DNA of 15,428 bases from an uncultured Pseudomonadota bacterium. GTDB lineage: Bacteria; SAR324; NAC60-12. The stretch's first letter is position 1. Each line of letters opens with the position of its first letter. The translations under genes were made by a program, and so were the position numbers. A model generated the notes under the pieces. That model was not told the DNA's origin, did not search any database, and saw nothing but the letters and a program-made list of their open reading frames with translations. This document shows, one piece after another, positions 6,722 through 15,428 of the stretch. Location of the stretch: NCBI GenBank assembly GCA_913020725.1, contig CAJWCD010000089.1, positions 1 through 15,428 on the forward strand, written 5' to 3'.

Positions 6722-8197
6722 ATGCGTGATTACGTTCTCCTCTACATCAACGGCATTCGCCACGAACTCCGGAACGAGGCCGTTTATCAAGCCCTCACCG
6801 ATTTCCTGCGCTACGACCTTGCGCTGACGGGCACCAAGGTGGTCTGTGCCGAAGGCGACTGCGGTTCCTGCACGGTGTTGAGCGGTCGCCCAGAAAACGG
6901 TGCCATGCGCTATCAGGGCATTGATGGCTGCATCCAGTACCTCTGGCAACTGGACGGACGGCATGTGGTCACAGTGGAGGGCTTGCAGAATAATGGGTGC
7001 TTGCACCCTGTGCAGGAGGCGATGGTCGAATCCTTTGGCTCCCAGTGTGGTTACTGCACCCCGGGATTTGTGATGGGAATAGTCGCCATGCTGGAGGAGA
7101 ATGCCCCACTCACTCGCCAAGGTGTGAAGGACGGCCTCACCGGAAACCTCTGCCGCTGCACCGGTTACGAGCAGATTATTGACGCTGCACTTGCGCTCAA
7201 GGGAAAATCTGTCACGCCCATTACCGAACGCTACCACGATCCACAGATGTGTGCAGAATTGGAAGCTTGTGCCCAAAATTCTGTTGAAATTTCCTATCAC
7301 GAATCATGGGGTCACGAATCCCGCAATGTGCGCATCGGTCTTCCTACCTCCCTTGCTGAAGCCGTGGCCTTCAAGGCGCAGCACGAAAAAACCGTGGTGG
7401 TGTCCGGAGGCACCGACATTTCGGTGCAGATGAACAAGGGCAAGACCGAGCCGGAAACACTGCTCAGCCTCGTCCATCTTCAGGAATTGGAAGGCGTTTC
7501 CGAAAACGACGGTTGGCTCAAGATTGGAGCCAAGGCAACGTGGACGGACATGGAACGTGCCTGTGGAGAGAGCCTTCCAGAGTTCCGCAAGATCATCCAA
7601 GTCTTCGCCTCAGCACAGATCAAGAATGTCGGAACACTCGCGGGTAACGTTGGCAACGGCTCACCGATTGCGGATTCGATGCCCTTTCTCTTTGTGATGG
7701 ACGCCGAGGTGGAACTGACCGGAACTTCCGGAAGCCGCTGGGTGAACATCAATCATTTCTACCACGGTTACAAGCAACTGGAACTGCGTCCGGATGAACT
7801 GATCACCGCGCTGCGCCTGCAACTTCCAAAATCGAACGAGACCTTGAAACTTTACAAGGTTTCCAAGCGCAAAGACCTCGACATCTCAACCTTCACGGCG
7901 GGAATCCGGATGGCGCTTGAAGGCGCAACGATTTCTCAAGCCAGCGTTGCCTATGGTGGGGTTGGCCCCGTGGTGTTGCGGTTGCCGGAAACGGAGCAGT
8001 TCCTCTCCGGAAAGCCGCTCACGCTGGAAACCGTCCGCAAAGCTGGGAAGTTAGCCCGACGTGAGATCATCCCAATTTCCGATGTCCGGGCTTCCAAGGA
8101 TTATCGCCTGCAACTCGCTGAGAATATCCTGCTCAAGTTCTACCACGAGGTCCGGCAGGAGCAGAGCTGGCTCCAACCGGACACCTTGAGTGCTTGA
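6722..8197 (+). CDS. xdhA: Xanthine dehydrogenase small subunit (2x[2Fe-2S] + FAD)
   Basis: 'GTKVVCAEGDCGSCTV', 'SQCGYCTPGF', 'GNLCRCTGY', and FAD motifs 'SGGTD', 'QIKNVGTLAGNVGNGSPIAD', 'YKVSKRKDLDIS', 'PISDVRASKDYR'. Start ATG 6722 (alternative GTG 6665). Confidence 0.96.
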   Translation: MRDYVLLYINGIRHELRNEAVYQALTDFLRYDLALTGTKVVCAEGDCGSCTVLSGRPENGAMRYQGIDGCIQYLWQLDGRHVVTVEGLQNNGCLHPVQEAMVESFGSQCGYCTPGFVMGIVAMLEENAPLTRQGVKDGLTGNLCRCTGYEQIIDAALALKGKSVTPITERYHDPQMCAELEACAQNSVEISYHESWGHESRNVRIGLPTSLAEAVAFKAQHEKTVVVSGGTDISVQMNKGKTEPETLLSLVHLQELEGVSENDGWLKIGAKATWTDMERACGESLPEFRKIIQVFASAQIKNVGTLAGNVGNGSPIADSMPFLFVMDAEVELTGTSGSRWVNINHFYHGYKQLELRPDELITALRLQLPKSNETLKLYKVSKRKDLDISTFTAGIRMALEGATISQASVAYGGVGPVVLRLPETEQFLSGKPLTLETVRKAGKLARREIIPISDVRASKDYRLQLAENILLKFYHEVRQEQSWLQPDTLSA

Positions 8198-8206
8198 GGA
8201 GGTAAA

Positions 8207-10597
8207 ATGACCGCAGTTGGACAGAATATCCCGCACGATTCGGCGGTTGGGCACGTCACCGGAGAGGCGTTTTATGTGGATGACCTCCCTCCGACTCAGG
8301 GTGAACTGCTGGTGGATTACATCGCCAGTCCGGTCGCTCACGGAAAATTGCTCGGCAACAACTTTGACGAACTCCGGCGACTTCCGGGTATCGTTGGCCT
8401 CTACACTGCGGCGGACCTCCCCGGACACAATAGCTTTGGTGCAATCCTCCAGGACGAGCGTTTCCTTCCCGAAGATGTTGTGGAATATGTCGGCCAGCCC
8501 GTTGCAGTGGTGGCCGCCGAGAATCGCCGCATCCTGCGCAAGGCCAAGCAACTCGCTAAACTGGAGATCGAGGAGCTTCCTCCGCTCTTCACCATCGAGG
8601 AGGCCATTGCCGCCCAACAGTTCATCGGCCCCACCCGGACCATCCAGTGCGGGGATTTTGAGGCTGCATGGAACGAGGCCGAGCAGCGGCTGGAAGGTGT
8701 GTTCCACTGCAACGGACAGGAGCAGTTCTACCTCGAATCCCAAGCGGCGCTCGCGTGGCCCAACGAGGAGGGGCAGATCCTCATCCATTCCTCCACGCAG
8801 AATCCCACCGAAATCCAGCAGGTCGTTGCGGAAGCCCTTGGGCTCAACTTCCACGATGTGATCTCTGTCTGCAAGCGCATGGGTGGAGGCTTCGGGGGCA
8901 AGGAAACGCAGGCTGTGATTCCGGCGGTGATGGCGGTACTGGTCGTGCACCACACCGGACGTTCTGCACGAGTCGCCTACACGAAGGACGACGACATGCG
9001 CTCCACCGGAAAGCGCCACCCCTTCAAAATCTTCTACAAGGCGGCGTTCGCTGCCGAGGGGCGCATCACCGGGGTCGAGTTCGATCTCTACTCCAATGGC
9101 GGTGCGGCGGCGGACCTTTCAACCTCAATCATGGAGCGTGCCCTGCTCCACTCAGACAACGCCTACCACCTGCCCAATGCCTGCTTCCGGGGCACGGTTT
9201 GCAAGACCAACCTCCCGCCCAACACCGCCTTCCGGGGCTTTGGCGGCCCACAGGGCATGGCGAACATCGAGAACATTGTGCAGGAAATCGCAATCACACT
9301 CGGCAAGGATGCCTACGAAATCCGGCGGCTCAACTGCTACGACCACGGCTTGCGCAACACCACCCCCTACGGTCAAGTGGTGCAACACCACATCCTTCCA
9401 GAAATCCTTGACCGCTTGGAGGAAACCTCCAATTATCAGAAGCGCTTGCGGGAAATCGAAGTGTTCAACCGCACCTCGGCAACCGAACTCCGGGGGCTGG
9501 CGCTGACTCCGGTGAAGTTCGGCATCTCCTTCACCACCCGCTTCCTCAATCAGGGGAACGCGCTTGTGAACATTTACAAGGACGGGACGGTGCAGGTTTC
9601 GACAGGTGGCACGGAGATGGGACAAGGGCTGAACACAAAAATCCGACAGATCGCCGCAGACGAATTGGGGATCGGCTATGAGCAGGTGCGAGTGATGATC
9701 ACCTCCACCGAAAAGAACAACAACGCTTCGCCGACTGCCGCCTCTGCCGGAACCGACCTCAACGGCATGGCCACCGCGAACGCCTGCCGCACGATTCGGG
9801 AACGGCTGGCTGAGTTTGCTGCACAGCAGCTTGCCAATGCCGAAACCGGATGTGCTGCCGAGCCAAGCTGCATCCATTTCGAGGACGGGCGCGTCTGGGA
9901 CGAACGCCGTCCGAACGCGAGCATCGCCTTTGCGGAACTCGTCAAACTCGCCTATCTGGAGCGCATCAGTCTCGGCGAGCGCGGCTTCTACCGCACCCCC
10001 GGAGTTGATTTTAACCGTGACACTGGCAAGGGGAACCCGTTCTTCTACTTCACCTCCGGAGCCGCCGTCGCCGAAGTGCGCCTCGACCGCTTCACCGGAC
10101 ACCTCACGCTGGAGCGGGCCGATTTGCTCATGGACATCGGTGAGTCCATCAATCCCGGCATTGATCTTGGGCAAACCATCGGCGGCTTCATTCAGGGGGT
10201 GGGCTGGGTGACAAACGAGGAACTGCGCTACTCCGACAAGGGTGACTTGCTTTCCTACTCCCCTACGACCTACAAGATTCCGAACATTCAGGACATTCCG
10301 GACATCTTTCGGGTGGACTACCTCCAGAATCCGCACCACCAAATCAACATCCGCCGCTCCAAAGCGATTGGCGAACCGCCGCTGATGCTCTGCCTCTCGG
10401 TCTGGATGGCGGTCAAACACGCCCTCTCCTGCGTGCAACCCGGAGCCCTCCCCAAACTGCGCCTTCCGGCCACTGGCGAGGAAATCCTGCGCTGCCTCAC
10501 CGAACTGACCGACGAGGCCACTTTCTCGACTCCGGATCAGGAAATTCTGCTCATCGCTCCGCCGGCTCTCCCAGAAAACCAAAAGGTAGCAGCCTGA
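8207..10597 (+). CDS. xdhB: Xanthine dehydrogenase molybdopterin-binding subunit
   Basis: 'PHDSA..HVTGEA.YVDD', 'GQEQFYLE', 'RMGGGFGGKETQ', 'AFRGFGGPQG', 'GGTEMGQGLNTK', 'SPTAAS', 'SKAIGEPP' (catalytic Glu). SD GAGGAGG upstream. Confidence 0.98.
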   Translation: MTAVGQNIPHDSAVGHVTGEAFYVDDLPPTQGELLVDYIASPVAHGKLLGNNFDELRRLPGIVGLYTAADLPGHNSFGAILQDERFLPEDVVEYVGQPVAVVAAENRRILRKAKQLAKLEIEELPPLFTIEEAIAAQQFIGPTRTIQCGDFEAAWNEAEQRLEGVFHCNGQEQFYLESQAALAWPNEEGQILIHSSTQNPTEIQQVVAEALGLNFHDVISVCKRMGGGFGGKETQAVIPAVMAVLVVHHTGRSARVAYTKDDDMRSTGKRHPFKIFYKAAFAAEGRITGVEFDLYSNGGAAADLSTSIMERALLHSDNAYHLPNACFRGTVCKTNLPPNTAFRGFGGPQGMANIENIVQEIAITLGKDAYEIRRLNCYDHGLRNTTPYGQVVQHHILPEILDRLEETSNYQKRLREIEVFNRTSATELRGLALTPVKFGISFTTRFLNQGNALVNIYKDGTVQVSTGGTEMGQGLNTKIRQIAADELGIGYEQVRVMITSTEKNNNASPTAASAGTDLNGMATANACRTIRERLAEFAAQQLANAETGCAAEPSCIHFEDGRVWDERRPNASIAFAELVKLAYLERISLGERGFYRTPGVDFNRDTGKGNPFFYFTSGAAVAEVRLDRFTGHLTLERADLLMDIGESINPGIDLGQTIGGFIQGVGWVTNEELRYSDKGDLLSYSPTTYKIPNIQDIPDIFRVDYLQNPHHQINIRRSKAIGEPPLMLCLSVWMAVKHALSCVQPGALPKLRLPATGEEILRCLTELTDEATFSTPDQEILLIAPPALPENQKVAA

Positions 10598-10616
10598 CTT
10601 CCAGCTAATCCAAGCT

Positions 10617-11435
10617 ATGCGAGAAGTCCTGAAACACACGCAGGAGTTGCTGGACTCCGGAACGCCGTTTGTGGCGGTCACGTTGGTGGACGCGCAGGGC
10701 AGCACCCCGCAAGACCCCGGAAGTCGGATGCTGGTCACGGAATCCGGACGACAGTGGGGCACCATTGGCGGGGGGCGGGTTGAGGCCAAGACGTTGGCCG
10801 AGGCGGCAGAATTTCTGAGCGAATCCAACCCCACCCACCAAACCCGTCTCGTTCACTGGAGTCTCAACAAGGACGTGGGCATGACCTGCGGCGGGTCCGT
10901 GACGCTCTTCTTCGAGCGGCATCACGCGCATCCGTGGACGATTGCAATCTACGGGGCTGGGCATGTCGCTCAGGTGCTGATCCCGCTACTGCTCACGCTG
11001 GAATGCCGAATCGTCTGCCTCGATACCCGCGAGGAGTGGCTGTCGCAGCTTCCGGCTTCCTCAAAGCTGGAAACCCGGCACGAACCGGACCTACCCGCCA
11101 CTGTGGATTCGATTCTGGAAACGACCTTTGTGTTGCTGATGACGCAGGGCCATGCGACCGACCGTCCCATCTTGCAACGCTTTCTGGAACGCGGCGATCA
11201 GGCGTTCCTCGGTGTCATCGGCAGTCGGGCGAAAGGAGCAACTATCCGCAAGGAACTTGCCGAATCCGGGCTTTCTGAAAAGCAAATCTCTGGATTCTGC
11301 TGTCCACTTGGACTCTCCTTGGGTACCAACCACCCTCAGGAGATTGCCATCAGCATCACGGCCCAATTACTCCACGAACGTGATTGTCAATTTGGCGTTA
11401 TTCACACACGCAACTCCCTGCCAGAAGTTATTTGA
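10617..11435 (+). CDS. xdhC: Xanthine dehydrogenase accessory (Moco insertion) protein XdhC
   Basis: 'GSTPQDPGSRM', 'GTIGGGRVE', 'GMTCGG', 'YGAGHVA', 'MTQGHATD', 'GVIGSRAK', 'PQEIAISITAQL'. Follows xdhB. Confidence 0.95.
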   Translation: MREVLKHTQELLDSGTPFVAVTLVDAQGSTPQDPGSRMLVTESGRQWGTIGGGRVEAKTLAEAAEFLSESNPTHQTRLVHWSLNKDVGMTCGGSVTLFFERHHAHPWTIAIYGAGHVAQVLIPLLLTLECRIVCLDTREEWLSQLPASSKLETRHEPDLPATVDSILETTFVLLMTQGHATDRPILQRFLERGDQAFLGVIGSRAKGATIRKELAESGLSEKQISGFCCPLGLSLGTNHPQEIAISITAQLLHERDCQFGVIHTRNSLPEVI

Positions 11436-11519
11436 TAACGGTTTAAATGAATTAATGACCAAAAATTTGTTGAGGAATTTCACGTAATTGATGACATAAC
11501 TTTCTTGAACTATGTTAAG

Positions 11520-14500
11520 TTACATCATGCTTTCTTTTTCCTGTTCTGCTTTTTCGCGGTTGAGTTTATTCAGGTAGTTTTTTGACATACTACGGATATG
11601 GGCAAGGCGGATCAGGCGCTCCTTTTGAATTCTTTCCTGTGTACGTTTATAAGCTGTGATAGCTTCCCGACCAATCTGATCAAAATCATAATCAATTGTA
11701 GGGGCTTGTTCAGGATTCCAAGGAGCGAATGGTCCTGTGTCCGGCCAGATGCGGTTTGCTATTCCATTTAAGTAGATTGACTGGTGTTTGGGACCAAGAG
11801 TCAAGGTAAAGTTTTTTGGATTTACCCAAATTCTATATGACGGAGGAGACTTTGGGTTAAGAGGTGCTTCAAGCTGTTCCAGGCACTTGAGAAAACGCTT
11901 TCTAGCTTCAGCAGTTTGAAGTCTATCAAAGAATGCGTTAAGTTTATAATCCTCCTCAGATTCAGATTTTTCATGAAAATTTACTTTGATATCAGAAAGA
12001 TCTAAATCTATGACAAAACGCTCTCCCAAATTATCCTGTACGATCAGTGACACCATCAGAAACTGGTTGACATTACATACAACAAACACACTTGAGACAT
12101 AGTGTAAGTTTTCAAGAACCTCCCAAGGTTGTAACTTATGTTTCGTAAAGAACCCACCGATTTCACCTGCAAGCTCTGCAACATCCGCCAATGTGAAGGG
12201 GTTGCCACTTACTTTTGTGCTTGCTTTTGCGGCTTCCTTTTGCCAGGCGGTAATTTTAGGCGGATTTGTTTCTACATAGCCACTGAATACGCACCGAGCA
12301 ATTCCATGAACAAGAGACTCCTCAAACATCATCATCGCATTGGATCCATCTTCAACTCCTGAACTCCATGCTTCCCGATGGGAAATAACAGAAAGAAATT
12401 TCCATTTTGATGATTTGGGGTTGTAGATTATCAGTATCAGAGCTCTTGAAAAGTACAGACTTTTTGAAATTGGCAACTGAATCTGATGAGGTTGGCGCTT
12501 GAAGTTGCGCATTAAATGGTATTTGAAAATAACATTTTCATTCGTATCTCCAGCGACTTGGAAACGTCCTTTTTGGATGCAATTTACCAATTTAATGGGA
12601 TCCATTTTAGCAGAAGTAAATTTTTTCTGAATCAGCGCAACAGTATTTTTAACTTGTTGGTGATACAGATAAATAGACTTGGCCTGTAAACCTTCTAAAC
12701 GTGTTAATTTAATTTTGTTTTTTAACTTGTTCAAGACTCTGTTATCTTCTATCGAAATTCGATTTACTACTGGGTCTAAAATTACTCCTATCTCATTAAT
12801 GGTATTTTTCAAGTCTTCAAATTTTAATCCATCATTTGAAAAATAATAAAGAATATTTGTTAAGGTTTTTCGCTTCCCAAGGATACCAAGCTTTTTCTCG
12901 ACGCGTTTCATTGAATTTAAGAAGTGTGTTTTTAATCTCAATTCAATCTTATTCGCTGTATCGTCATGCCCTTGGGCGAAGTGCATCAGCTCAAGCCGAT
13001 CACCGATATTTGGAAAAAAAAGTGCATAGAATTCTACCATTGCTTTCTCCCGCCAAGAAGAATTTCTATCAAGCCTCACAGGGTCCGCCCGGATAGAAAA
13101 TTCTACGATATCTGTCAATCTTAGATGCTGTGCAAAACAAAAAACGATATCCTTGTATGAATTTTTTTGAGGAAAACGCGTGAGTAAATCGGTAAACTTG
13201 CTCCACCATGGATCTAAAGTCAGTTGCGGAAAGCCTTCCTCCATCTTTTGCAGGCATTCAAGATAGGGATGACCAACAGGGGGGTTTTTGAGCATTTCCC
13301 GTTCGTAAGGGTAGAGAAGAAGTTTCGTAAGGCTGGTGGGTGTTGGGGATGATTCTTCAGTACAAAGAAGTTCAACCCACCAACAATTAAGTAAGGCCTT
13401 AGGGATGTTACGGTGGCTGACTTTCTCACTCTCCCTAAGGAAAACTGGAATAGCGTGCTTGTATACAAGAGATCTGCTTACTCCAATCCCTCCCCAATTT
13501 GCGAGCTTACGCATCAATAGTTTGCCAGAAAGTCCGGAATCACTCTTAACCCACCAGTCAGCATCAGGTAGAACCCCGACCCTTAGAAGTGGACGGAGTT
13601 TTTGGGGGATGCAAAATGGCATTGGAGGACTTCCAGCGAGCATCATTGCTGGATTGAGCAGAAAATCATTTAGCATTGATGCGTAGGCTAGACTCCCCTC
13701 TGGAGAAACAACAAAAGGTGTGTGCTTACCCTCACGCATATTATTAAGCAGGTTCAAAAACAGGTGAACCTCGGTGTTTGGGTATTTTTTGGTAAGATAA
13801 CTTTCAATGATGTGAACTTTCATCCGTGTTGAATATTCCTTCTGCTCTTCTAGAACAAGTGCCTGCTCCCTTTGATGTTGATTGATTAGGTATCCAAAGT
13901 CTTCAAGAGCAGATTTGTCTGAATTTATTGAGGGATTTAATTTAAGAAAGGGAAAGAAGGTTTTTAGAGGCTTCTCAAAAAGAGAAAAGGCTGGATATAA
14001 TTCCAGCAATGAAGTAGTACTTTCCTGAATAGCTATAATCTGATTCTCATTAGACAGTTGAACAAACAACTTCCAGAGTAAGTTGTCTAATTGACTGCGA
14101 TAGGTGCTTGGCAAGATGATATCAATGATCCTCAACTGCTGCTGAGTCAATCCCTTATTATATCTCTTCTGTAATAGAGCCTTGGTTTGTAATTTCAGCT
14201 GTTTGAAACTTTTTGGATTGAGAGATTCAACTGTATTAATTACATTTCTTTTGAAGCAGGAAAGAAAACCGAGAAAAAATTCGCAATCATTCCAAGGTTT
14301 CCAAACTTGAGGGTCTGTGTCCACAATTACCTGTAAGTCCATGTCGGAATCGGACTTGTGACCAATACCTCCTAGACTACCAATGGTTGTCATTGCACAG
14401 ATATCTGGGAGCCCTTTTTGGTTTAGATCTTGGGAGAGAAGCGGGTAATTCCTTTTAGAAAAGTTCTGGAAACTATAATCTCCTGCTTGCATGTCCTGAG

Positions 14501-15008
14501 GAAGAAAGTGTTCTAGATTCTCTACTCCCTTCCAGGCATTTTTTGGAAAGACGTTGAAGCTTTCTGAATCCAGAATATCTTTTCCATCATCATTAACTCC
14601 TACCTTATGGTGTACAACCAGTGGAGGGCTTTCGTGAGGATTAATATGGAAAAGCATAAGGCTGTCCATAGCTACATTTTTTAAATCCTGGTTGGCAAGT
14701 TCTGAAAAACTATCCATCCTGTGAACATAAATTTCCTCAAGTTTGGCATACTCGTCTTTTGCCTGCTGACACAATGCATCCAAATCCATTCTACTACATT
14801 TTGAAAGGAGGAGCTTAGAGAATGTCTGCTTTCTTTGCAGTGAGTCGTGGAGGTAACGCAATTTTCCTGCGGTTTCAGAATTCCATGGTTGACTTGGGTA
14901 TGATTGATAACTACGGGAAAATCTTTTGTGGGATTCCAAATCTTCAAGAGTTGCAGATTCAGGAGTCTCAACATCAGGTTTTGAGTTGGATTCTAAAGGC
15001 TGGTCCAT
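11520..15008 (-). CDS. Large divergent class I adenylate cyclase-like protein (Pol-beta nucleotidyltransferase fold)
   Basis: 'ICAMTTIGSLGGIGHKSDSDMDLQV' matches the hG[GS]-x9-DxD NTase motif and the class I AC 'MGSxGSxGQxxxSDxDxW'. Other co-linear resemblances, aligned by eye: 'LFHINP', 'EVHLFL', 'MLAGSPP', 'NWGG', 'PKALL...EL', 'LDPW'. Uninterrupted 1162-aa ORF in AT-rich DNA. Confidence 0.7.
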   Translation of the reverse strand: MDQPLESNSKPDVETPESATLEDLESHKRFSRSYQSYPSQPWNSETAGKLRYLHDSLQRKQTFSKLLLSKCSRMDLDALCQQAKDEYAKLEEIYVHRMDSFSELANQDLKNVAMDSLMLFHINPHESPPLVVHHKVGVNDDGKDILDSESFNVFPKNAWKGVENLEHFLPQDMQAGDYSFQNFSKRNYPLLSQDLNQKGLPDICAMTTIGSLGGIGHKSDSDMDLQVIVDTDPQVWKPWNDCEFFLGFLSCFKRNVINTVESLNPKSFKQLKLQTKALLQKRYNKGLTQQQLRIIDIILPSTYRSQLDNLLWKLFVQLSNENQIIAIQESTTSLLELYPAFSLFEKPLKTFFPFLKLNPSINSDKSALEDFGYLINQHQREQALVLEEQKEYSTRMKVHIIESYLTKKYPNTEVHLFLNLLNNMREGKHTPFVVSPEGSLAYASMLNDFLLNPAMMLAGSPPMPFCIPQKLRPLLRVGVLPDADWWVKSDSGLSGKLLMRKLANWGGIGVSRSLVYKHAIPVFLRESEKVSHRNIPKALLNCWWVELLCTEESSPTPTSLTKLLLYPYEREMLKNPPVGHPYLECLQKMEEGFPQLTLDPWWSKFTDLLTRFPQKNSYKDIVFCFAQHLRLTDIVEFSIRADPVRLDRNSSWREKAMVEFYALFFPNIGDRLELMHFAQGHDDTANKIELRLKTHFLNSMKRVEKKLGILGKRKTLTNILYYFSNDGLKFEDLKNTINEIGVILDPVVNRISIEDNRVLNKLKNKIKLTRLEGLQAKSIYLYHQQVKNTVALIQKKFTSAKMDPIKLVNCIQKGRFQVAGDTNENVIFKYHLMRNFKRQPHQIQLPISKSLYFSRALILIIYNPKSSKWKFLSVISHREAWSSGVEDGSNAMMMFEESLVHGIARCVFSGYVETNPPKITAWQKEAAKASTKVSGNPFTLADVAELAGEIGGFFTKHKLQPWEVLENLHYVSSVFVVCNVNQFLMVSLIVQDNLGERFVIDLDLSDIKVNFHEKSESEEDYKLNAFFDRLQTAEARKRFLKCLEQLEAPLNPKSPPSYRIWVNPKNFTLTLGPKHQSIYLNGIANRIWPDTGPFAPWNPEQAPTIDYDFDQIGREAITAYKRTQERIQKERLIRLAHIRSMSKNYLNKLNREKAEQEKESMM

Positions 15009-15419
15009 GAAGTGATCTGAATATAATTAAATTTAATCCGGAAAATTAAATGAATTTTTAGTTAAAAAATTAGCTCCTATGGTAAAAGCTACTAGTTCTA
15101 GGACAAATTTCGACTGGGATACAAACAGTCAATCAGTTGATATTCAACAATATTTACCTAGCTCATAGTGTTCGATTTTTAACGGATTTTACTATAAACA
15201 TTGGTTCTGTCCAAGGATATTGTACCAAAAAAAAAATTAAACTAATTTAAATTTTCACTAGTGTCCCAACGTTGGATCAGAAGGACCAAGTATGCTATTG
15301 ATATTATTCAATAAATTGATATTTTTCCATTCATCGACTTGAGCTTGGTTTTTCGGACAGGAGATGTTGCAGTCAGCAATTCTAATTATGACAAATTGAG
15401 GTAGTCCCCTCTGAAGTGT

Positions 15420-15428
15420 TGGTGCCCG
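15420..15428 (-). tRNA. Possible 3' end of a tRNA (Leu-like), truncated by the window edge
   Basis: Reverse complement of the last 9 nt is CGGGCACCA, i.e. acceptor-stem 3' strand, discriminator A and CCA, as seen in tRNA-Leu genes starting GCCCG. Only 9 nt are visible. Confidence 0.3.

Noticed and set aside
9152..10834. 560-aa antisense ORF, plus other long antisense ORFs (2899-3711, 4960-5841, 5947-6723, 6365-7300, 8051-9019)
   Set aside because: They lie opposite well-supported genes in GC-rich DNA and have no recognisable motifs; typical shadow ORFs caused by codon bias.
1..15428. CRISPR arrays, transposases/integrases, retroelements, selenocysteine readthrough
   Set aside because: No regularly spaced repeats, no mobile-element ORFs, and no interrupted reading frames were seen. 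All main genes appear intact.

Overview
Bacterial chromosomal window with two compositional parts. From ~80 to ~11435 (GC-rich, ~55-65% in lines counted by hand) it holds a small VKOR-family gene on the minus strand and a minCDE cell-division operon. These are followed by a stand-alone, divergent flagellin with a near-consensus sigma-28 promoter and a long, hairpin-packed 5' leader, then a purine-catabolism cluster: uraH, a nucleoside-type ABC ATPase without its partners, and xdhA-xdhB-xdhC. From ~11435 to the end the DNA is AT-rich (~30-48% in counted lines). It carries one convergent 1162-aa gene that looks like a strongly diverged, enlarged class I adenylate cyclase (Pol-beta-type nucleotidyltransferase), followed by an AT-rich upstream region ending in what may be a tRNA 3' end. 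The most interesting items are the structured flagellin leader (twin hairpins with a shared loop plus CsrA-type GGA loops) and the atypical low-GC cyclase. The flagellin style suggests a SAR324/deltaproteobacterial-type host, but that is recall-based inference, not a search result.
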